Made by a program: the position numbers and the translations under genes
The notes under the pieces: model-generated
The model's database searches: none
What the model saw: only the letters and a program-made list of their open reading frames with translations
Told to the model about the DNA's origin: nothing
Part shown: positions 27,081 to 33,001 of the stretch, in pieces
Numbering within the stretch: the stretch's first letter is position 1
Layout of the letters: every line of letters starts with the position of its first letter
Assembly: GCA_031425655.1 (NCBI GenBank)
Contig: JANPJS010000244.1
Coordinates: 1-33,001, forward strand
Direction of reading: 5' to 3'
Length of the DNA stretch: 33,001 nt
DNA from: Abditibacteriaceae bacterium
GTDB lineage: Bacteria; Armatimonadota; Abditibacteriia; Abditibacteriales; Abditibacteriaceae

Positions 27081-27833
27081 TTACTTTCCCGCGTTCCAGC
27101 CGCCGTCAATGACAAGCGCCTCGCCGGTGACAAAAGCGGCTTCGTCGGAGACTAAATAAAGCGCGGCGGCAGCGATTTCTTCGGGCCTGCCCATACGACC
27201 GACGGGCTGCGTCGAACTCATGTCGCGGTAAGCCTGTTCGGGGTCGGGATATTCTTTCAGTCGCGCTTTGACAAACGGCGTTTCGACGCGCGCCGGGCAA
27301 ATGCAGTTGGCGCGAATGCCTTGATGGGCGTGATCTATCGCGATGGCTTTGGTGATGCCGACGACGGCGAATTTGGTGGTGCAATACGCAAAACGGTCGC
27401 GCACGCCGGTGATGCCGCCGATGGACGACATCGAAACAATCGCGCCGCCGCCGTTTTCAATCATGGCCGGTAAAAAAGCCTTGCAGCCGTTGAAAACGCC
27501 GCGCACATTAACGCTGTAAAGCCGATCTAAATCAGCGCTTTCGCATTCAAGAATGCTGCCGACGTGCCCGATTCCGGCGATATTCGCCAGAATATCGAGC
27601 CGCCCTTTTTCTGCTAAGACACGCGCCGCGACTTCGGCATAAGCCGCTTCGTCAGCGACATCCAACGCGACGAACGCGCCGCCGATTTCCTGCGCCATGC
27701 GCGTTGCGTTTTCCTCATCGCGGTCGGCGCAATACACGAAGGCGCCGGCCTGTGCGAAAATGCGCGCCGTCGCTTCGCCGATGCCGCTGCCGGCGCCGGT
27801 TACAAATGCGATTTTGTTAGTGAGATTGAACAT
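27081..27833 (-). CDS. SDR family oxidoreductase (BDH2/2-keto-3-deoxy-sugar-acid dehydrogenase-like)
   Basis: TGAGSGIG, NIAG, YCTTK catalytic motif, NCICPARVETP and IDGG. Confidence 0.9.
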   Translation of the reverse strand: MFNLTNKIAFVTGAGSGIGEATARIFAQAGAFVYCADRDEENATRMAQEIGGAFVALDVADEAAYAEVAARVLAEKGRLDILANIAGIGHVGSILECESADLDRLYSVNVRGVFNGCKAFLPAMIENGGGAIVSMSSIGGITGVRDRFAYCTTKFAVVGITKAIAIDHAHQGIRANCICPARVETPFVKARLKEYPDPEQAYRDMSSTQPVGRMGRPEEIAAAALYLVSDEAAFVTGEALVIDGGWNAGK

Positions 27834-27841
27834 TTCGTTTT

Positions 27842-27921
27842 TTGACCACAAAAAGCGCAAAAAGCACAAAACCAAGCCCGTTTATGCCGTTTTTTGTGTC
27901 TTTTGCGCTTTTTGTGGTTGA
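27842..27921. repeat. 9-nt-periodic palindrome
   Basis: ACCACAAAAAGCGCAAAAAGCACAAAA ... TTTTGTGTCTTTTGCGCTTTTTGTGGT. Confidence 0.8.
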
Positions 27922-27925
27922 TCTT

Positions 27926-29128
27926 TCAGGAAGGCAAGCACGCCGGGCCGAGTGGCTCGAACGATTTGTAAACGAGGACGAATTCCTGATGGCCGAGCGA
28001 CTCGGATTTGGTTTCTTCGCCCGAAGCGACGCGCAAAGTAAGGTCGTAAATCTCCTGCCCAACTTCGTCTAAGGTGGCGGCGCCTTCTAAAATGCGGCCC
28101 GCGTTGACATCCATATCGTCTTCCATGCGGCGATAAGTTTCGGGGTTGGCGCAGACTTTCACGACCGGCGAAATCGCCGATCCGACGACCGAACCGCGAC
28201 CCGTCGCAAATAAAATAACATGGGAGCCACAAGCGATAAGTTCACCGATTTCCTGAATGTCGTTGACGTTCGGAAAGCCGAATCGCACTTCGCCGTCGGG
28301 CACGACATCCAGCAAATAAAGTCCGCTCCGCTGCGGCACGTCGCCGGGTTTCACCATGCCTGCGATGCGAGAAGTGCCGCTTTTGGCATAAGCGCCCATG
28401 CTTTTTTCTTCCTGCGTGGTCAGGCCGCCCTCGGCGTTGCCCGGAGCGAAAGAACCGTGGCCCAAAACGGTGTAATATTCGGCGGCTTTGTCCACCGATG
28501 CCACAAGTTCGCGCGCTAATTCGGGACTCTCGGCGCGGTTGGCCATGATGGTTTCGCAGCCGATAAGCTCGCCGGTTTCCTCGAAAATCGCCCGTCCTCC
28601 ACCGTTTACGAACATATCGAAGGCGCGTCCGATGGCCGGATTTGCGGTTAGTCCGCTTGTCGCGTCTGAACCGCCGCAAATCGTGCCGACGACCAAATCC
28701 CCGGCGTTCATCGGCACGCGCGGCACCTTTCTAATCTCGTCCAACGTGGCTTCGACCCATGCGCGCCCGGCTTTAATCGTCGAGCGCGTGCCGCCGTCTT
28801 TTTGAATCACAAGGGTATGCACCGGACGGCCCGAATCGGCGACAATTTGCGCCAGTGTTTTGCGATCCATGCTTTCGCAGCCCAGCGACACCAGCAAAAC
28901 CGCGCCGACATTCGGATGTGTGCCCAATTGCTTGAGCATTTTCAGTGCGTAAGCGTTGGGATAGCAGCCGCCAAAGCCGATGACATGAACGCCTTCTTCG
29001 CGCCACGGCGCCGCGATTTCGCGCGCGACGTGATGCGCGCATTCGACGAGATAGGCCACGACAATCGTGTTGCGAATGCCTTTTCGCCCGTCGGAGCGCA
29101 AATAGCCTTGCCATGTTTCAGTGTTCAT
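27926..29128 (-). CDS. UxaA/GarD-family sugar-acid dehydratase, large (C-terminal) subunit
   Basis: GYLRSDGRKGIRN, HPNVGAVLLVSLGCE, CGGSDATSGLTANP, GNAEGGLTTQEEKSMG, FATGRG and DMDVNAG. Confidence 0.9.
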   Translation of the reverse strand: MNTETWQGYLRSDGRKGIRNTIVVAYLVECAHHVAREIAAPWREEGVHVIGFGGCYPNAYALKMLKQLGTHPNVGAVLLVSLGCESMDRKTLAQIVADSGRPVHTLVIQKDGGTRSTIKAGRAWVEATLDEIRKVPRVPMNAGDLVVGTICGGSDATSGLTANPAIGRAFDMFVNGGGRAIFEETGELIGCETIMANRAESPELARELVASVDKAAEYYTVLGHGSFAPGNAEGGLTTQEEKSMGAYAKSGTSRIAGMVKPGDVPQRSGLYLLDVVPDGEVRFGFPNVNDIQEIGELIACGSHVILFATGRGSVVGSAISPVVKVCANPETYRRMEDDMDVNAGRILEGAATLDEVGQEIYDLTLRVASGEETKSESLGHQEFVLVYKSFEPLGPACLPS

Positions 29129-29423
29129 CGAGAAACCGTCCTTTTTCGCGCTCGTAAGTCGGCAGATAATCGCTTTGCATATTATGCGTATGCACGATTT
29201 CGCCCGCGCGAATATCTTGCTTTGCCGAGCCAATCGGCGCACCGTATTTTAGGATTTTTTCGCCCGCCGCAATATCGCGCGCCGCGACTTTATAGCCGAG
29301 TGGAATTGTGGTTTCGACGGCGACGGTTTGCTCGCCAATCGTCAGAATCTCGCCCGCCAAAATGCCGCAGCGCGCCACGAAAATGTTGTCGAATGGCGAA
29401 AGGCGCAGAAGTTTGTCGTTCAT
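29118..29423 (-). CDS. UxaA-family dehydratase small (SAF-domain) subunit
   Basis: DNIFVA, IPLGYKVA, KYGAPIG and VHTHN. Confidence 0.88.
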   Translation of the reverse strand: MNDKLLRLSPFDNIFVARCGILAGEILTIGEQTVAVETTIPLGYKVAARDIAAGEKILKYGAPIGSAKQDIRAGEIVHTHNMQSDYLPTYEREKGRFLDEH

Positions 29424-29432
29424 ATTAAGTTC

Positions 29433-29582
29433 AATGGAACACGGAGCCTTCGGCTATCCTGCCCAGAGGGCACCCGAAACGACACGGATTTTCGCAGATC
29501 AATCTATAGAAAAAACCGTGAAAATCCGTGTCGTTTCGGGTGCCCTCTCTGGGCAGGATAGCCGAAGGCTCCGTGTTCTATT
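29433..29582. repeat. Long near-perfect inverted repeat (~60-bp arms)
   Basis: GAACACGGAGCCTTCGGCTATCCTGCCCAGAGGGCACCCGAAACGACACGGATTTTC and its reverse complement; the right arm has an extra CT. Confidence 0.9.
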
Positions 29583-29590
29583 TCACGGTT

Positions 29591-30721
29591 TTAATCTGTC
29601 AGCACCGTCGGGTCAGTTGGCAACGGCGGCAGCGGGTTCGGGCGCACTAATTGGCCGCCGCTTTCGTAGCTTTCGATGATGGCGAAAGTTTGCTCTAAAA
29701 CCGCGAGGGCGTCGCGGCCCGATGCGCGCAAATTCGCTTTCGGCACGTTATTCGTGATGTCTTCGAGAAAAGCGTTAATGCGGCGCGGAAAGGTCTGGCC
29801 GAAGTCGGAAATGCCCGATTTCGTGACGACTGGTGCGTGTTCCGAACCCGGTTCGTGGTTCGCAGGCTGTCCGGGGCCGCGTTTATCATGCGATTTCCAA
29901 TATGACACTTGCTCGATGCAGTTTTCGATGCAAAAAGTGCCTTTGGTGCCGCCGACTTCGACGCTCCACCAGCCGCCTAAGCCATACGACGCATCGCCGC
30001 GCTGCGACAGCAAATAGCCGACGCAATCGTTGGCGAATTTCAGATGCACGCTGTTGGTGGAAACCATCGCGTCGCCCGCCGCGCGACGAAAACCGGGACG
30101 GCTCAGAAACGCTTGAACGTGCGTGACTTCGCCGCAAAAGTGGCGCATCACGCTGAGCGGGTGCGACAAAAACGCTTTGAGGTGAAAATAAGGAAAATCT
30201 TTGATTTTCGGCGAACCGGCGCCTTTGTAATCGGCGATTTCACCGCCTTGAAAGCCCATTTTCGCCAGACAGAACACCAATTCGCCGATTTCGCCGTCGT
30301 CCATGTATTGCTTGGCGCGCTCGGCGGGCGGCGTGAAATAGTGGTTCAAATTGACGCCGAGATAAACGTTTTGCGCCGTCGCTTTGGCAACCATCGCGCG
30401 GCCCTGATTGATGTCGCTGGATAATGGCTTTTCCACTAAGACGCTTTTGCCGGCTTCCATCGCCTGCATCGCCGGTTCGTAATGCCAACTGCCGTTTTCC
30501 AAGCCGCCGGTGCAAACGTCCACGATGTCCAATTCTTCGTGCGCCAGCATTTCGCTAAGGCTGGAATAAGCGCGCACGCCATGCTTTTCCGCCGCGTCTT
30601 TGGCGCGCCCTGGATAGCTGTCGCAGATGGCGACCAGTTCCGCCAACGGGTTGTTCGTGTAAGCGGGCATATGCGAATTCGCAATGCCCCGAAATCCGAC
30701 GATGCCGACTTTCAATGCCAT
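29591..30721 (-). CDS. Gfo/Idh/MocA family oxidoreductase
   Basis: LKVGIVGFRGIA Rossmann start, LDIVDVCT and VLVEKPL; AAGGA Shine-Dalgarno before ATG 30721. Confidence 0.9.
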   Translation of the reverse strand: MALKVGIVGFRGIANSHMPAYTNNPLAELVAICDSYPGRAKDAAEKHGVRAYSSLSEMLAHEELDIVDVCTGGLENGSWHYEPAMQAMEAGKSVLVEKPLSSDINQGRAMVAKATAQNVYLGVNLNHYFTPPAERAKQYMDDGEIGELVFCLAKMGFQGGEIADYKGAGSPKIKDFPYFHLKAFLSHPLSVMRHFCGEVTHVQAFLSRPGFRRAAGDAMVSTNSVHLKFANDCVGYLLSQRGDASYGLGGWWSVEVGGTKGTFCIENCIEQVSYWKSHDKRGPGQPANHEPGSEHAPVVTKSGISDFGQTFPRRINAFLEDITNNVPKANLRASGRDALAVLEQTFAIIESYESGGQLVRPNPLPPLPTDPTVLTD

Positions 30722-30733
30722 GAGTTCCTTTTT

Positions 30734-30863
30734 AACCCCCAACCCCCTTGGTAAGGGGGCTTTAAGCATGGAAATCTCATACCCTCACGGAAAATTCATA
30801 GGTTTTCCCGGAGCGTAATAGCCGCGACCAAGTAAAGCCCCCTTACCAAGGGGGTTGGGGGTT
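30734..30863. repeat. Inverted pair of a 31-bp palindromic repeat (REPIN-like), downstream of the DUF559 gene
   Basis: AACCCCCAACCCCCTTGGTAAGGGGGCTTTA at 30734-30764 and its exact reverse complement at 30833-30863. Confidence 0.92.
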
Positions 30864-31232
30864 TTGCTGTGCCAGAATTTCTACCTTCTCTGCGATGGTT
30901 TCTACGACTCGATCCAACTGCCGATAAATCTGCTCGTTAGTAAAACGCAAGAAGTGAATACCGTAATTTTCTATGAATGACTGCCGGTTAGCGTCGTAAG
31001 CTTCGGCTTCCGCGCCTTCGTGCGTCGAGCCATCAACTTCAATGGCAAATTTCAACTGAGGACAGTAAAAATCTACAATATATGGCCCCATCGAATACTG
31101 CTGCCGAAATTTCCAACCGCCTATCTGTTGCGATCTTAATCGCTGCCAGAGTAATAGTTCTGCTTTCGTCCGGTTGCGTCGCAAAACTTGTCGTTTCTCT
31201 TTTTCTTCAAGGCGATTGAAAACTTTGGTCAT
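30843..31232 (-). CDS. DUF559 / Vsr-like endonuclease domain protein
   Basis: LRRNRTKAELLLWQRLR, KFRQQ...GPYIVDFYC, IEVDGSTH and GIHFLRFTNEQI; the stop codon lies inside the repeat. Confidence 0.9.
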   Translation of the reverse strand: MTKVFNRLEEKEKRQVLRRNRTKAELLLWQRLRSQQIGGWKFRQQYSMGPYIVDFYCPQLKFAIEVDGSTHEGAEAEAYDANRQSFIENYGIHFLRFTNEQIYRQLDRVVETIAEKVEILAQQNPQPPW

Positions 31233-31237
31233 GCGAG

Positions 31238-31372
31238 GATAACCCCCAACCCCCTTGGTAAGGGGGCTTTACGCTTCTGCGACTATTGAGCTTTGGGAAA
31301 ACTCCGGCTTCTTCCAGAGCGCGATGCTTTCCGAAGCGTAAAGCCCCCTTACCAAGGGGGTTGGGGGTTATC
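31238..31372. repeat. Second inverted pair of the same 31-bp repeat, upstream of the DUF559 gene
   Basis: Perfect 40-bp arms GATAACCCCCAACCCCCTTGGTAAGGGGGCTTTACGCTTC (31238-31277 / 31333-31372). Confidence 0.92.
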
Positions 31373-31417
31373 TTACCGCCAACCTCGCGCCTGCGCGCAG
31401 CGTGACGGGGCCGATCT

Positions 31418-31456
31418 CCGCACTTCGACCTTGCCGACTTTCAACGCCACGAGTTC
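31418..31456 (-). pseudogene. Degenerate orphan copy of the 5' end of the Gfo/Idh/MocA gene
   Basis: 32/39 identity to 30689-30727 (23/25 in the core); reads GTG-ALKVGKVE vs ATG-ALKVGIVG. Confidence 0.7.
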
Positions 31457-31465
31457 AGTGTCCTT

Positions 31466-31909
31466 TTATTGAATTGCCTCACGATTTGCGGCGTCTTTTG
31501 GTCTATCATCTACTATCAACTCGCCGGTTTCCCAGAACCGCTCGACTTTTGCCCACCAATACTTCGATTCCTCGCCTAAATATGGCACAAACTGCTGCGG
31601 CGTGGTGCCGTTATGAAGATTGGTATTTTGCAAATCTTCCAAAAGGCCAATAATCGTAGCTCCGGACACGTAAGCGTCGCCTTCCAGAATTAAGTGCTCT
31701 ATTACCTGAAAAATGCGTTGCATTCCTCCCGTTTCACCGCTATGAAGTAGATAGCTTAAGTGCCGAACGAAATCGGCCAGCGCCAAATAACAAGGCAATT
31801 CGCCTGGCGTTTTTATACATTCTTCTTGAAACTCTTTCCATTGCGGCCCAAACGAAGGACACGCTGCAAGAAGCAAATCCATCATGGCCCCGCGGTCTAT
31901 TGTAGGCAT
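31466..31909 (-). CDS. Hypothetical alpha-helical protein (DUF7674-like, possibly immunity-type)
   Basis: 147 aa, FQVIEHLILEGDAYV...IGLLEDLQN...YLGEESKYWW; AT-richer than neighbours. Family assignment is from memory. Confidence 0.6.
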   Translation of the reverse strand: MPTIDRGAMMDLLLAACPSFGPQWKEFQEECIKTPGELPCYLALADFVRHLSYLLHSGETGGMQRIFQVIEHLILEGDAYVSGATIIGLLEDLQNTNLHNGTTPQQFVPYLGEESKYWWAKVERFWETGELIVDDRPKDAANREAIQ

Positions 31910-31986
31910 TTTGCTTCACCGCCAGTCACGTCGTCGCGCACAACCCGACCGGGCCACACATTCTATTCTTTTGTGCAATCTACATT

Positions 31987-33000
31987 CTATTTCGCGTGAT
32001 GCCCGGTTTTGTAATGCGCTTTCAATAAATCTTCGCCGAAATCCCCGGCGAAGTCGCGCCAGACGGCGTGGACGTGGTTAGCACCATTCTGCGTGTTATC
32101 GAGTTCGAGAACGAACGTCTGGCCTTGAACACGATAATAATGGCCTTTGCCCGGTTCCAGAGCGCCGGCCCACGCGAAGGAAATTTTATCTAATCCAGCT
32201 TTTTCGATTTTGGCCCAATCTTGCAGCGCGACATCGGGCCGGGCGCGGTTGATGTATTCGTGAATCAACTTGGTGAGAATCGCTTTTTGCGCCTCAGTCA
32301 TGGCGCTTTGCGGCAAGCCTTCGGGCTTTGTCCAATCGTTGCGGCCCGGCAAATTGAGAATATCAGCGGGCGCTTTTTCCGCAATCACAGCAATTTTGCG
32401 CTGTTCGGCGGTCAGCGCGTTGACGAGTTCAAAGCCGAGGTTTTCCTCGCGCGCCAAGACGCGCAAACCGGCGCGCGGGCCGCTTTTCACGGTGCCGGGA
32501 TTAGTGCCCAAAAACGACGGCGTGGTCGAAGTGACCGCGCCTTGCGCCGTCGTGAAATTGAGCGAAAGATGATGGCCTTCGAAGCGCCAGCCCCACACGT
32601 TTTTGCCGCCCGGCGTGCCGAAAATCGAAATGTAATACAATTCCGGGTCGCGGATTGGGCCTTTTCCGGCTTCGAGTTCTTTGAGAATTTCATCCAAGCT
32701 CATAATCGAAACCGTTTTGCCGTAACCGCGATGACTCAGGCCGCTGGAAAGCAGTGCGTGCGCTAAAAGTCGCTGAGACGGCGACAATTCTTTGAAGGTG
32801 ATGCCTTTTCGATCTTTGGGCACGTAGTGCCAGTTTTTGCGCTCAGCGTCTTCGACTTTGAAAGTTGTTTTGGCTTTTTGTTCGGGCGTTAAATCAGCCA
32901 AAAAATCGTTGGCCGCCTGCGCCATTTCGGTTGCGGCATCATCGGCGTGGGCGTGCGGCAGTGCAAGAGACAAGGCGAGCATGATAAGAAGTTTTTTCAC
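31987..33000 (-). CDS. DUF3500 domain secreted protein
   Basis: Signal peptide MKKLLIMLALSLALPHAHA; WGWRFEGHHLSLN, YYRVQG and NHVHAVWRD...DFG. Confidence 0.85.
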   Translation of the reverse strand: MKKLLIMLALSLALPHAHADDAATEMAQAANDFLADLTPEQKAKTTFKVEDAERKNWHYVPKDRKGITFKELSPSQRLLAHALLSSGLSHRGYGKTVSIMSLDEILKELEAGKGPIRDPELYYISIFGTPGGKNVWGWRFEGHHLSLNFTTAQGAVTSTTPSFLGTNPGTVKSGPRAGLRVLAREENLGFELVNALTAEQRKIAVIAEKAPADILNLPGRNDWTKPEGLPQSAMTEAQKAILTKLIHEYINRARPDVALQDWAKIEKAGLDKISFAWAGALEPGKGHYYRVQGQTFVLELDNTQNGANHVHAVWRDFAGDFGEDLLKAHYKTGHHAK

Positions 33001-33001
33001 T

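Overview
GC-rich bacterial chromosomal window; the gene style tentatively suggests an Armatimonadota/Abditibacteriota-like organism (inference only). Housekeeping genes (tgt, ftsZ, dcd, uppP, wecB, a wecA/tagO-like gene, glyA, tRNA-Lys(UUU), purA, a GT9 heptosyltransferase, kdsB, udgB, a cobA-hemD fusion) sit beside a sugar-acid catabolic cluster (Gfo/Idh/MocA oxidoreductase, split UxaA-family dehydratase, SDR). Single accessory genes and at least four families of palindromic intergenic repeats are interleaved. Main observations: (1) a DUF559/Vsr-like endonuclease gene is bracketed by two inverted pairs of an identical 31-bp palindrome, a RAYT/REPIN-like layout with a different enzyme, and related palindromes occur elsewhere, one pair inside an IS5-like MITE; (2) three separate accessory genes are each bracketed by a core gene and a short orphan copy of that gene's terminus (tgt 5', SDR 3', Gfo/Idh/MocA 5'); (3) a solitary integron-like cassette lies next to dcd; (4) the purA leader is a candidate structured RNA; (5) five genes look leaderless, with TAnnnT exactly 7 nt before the start codon. 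No transposase, integrase or cas gene is visible.
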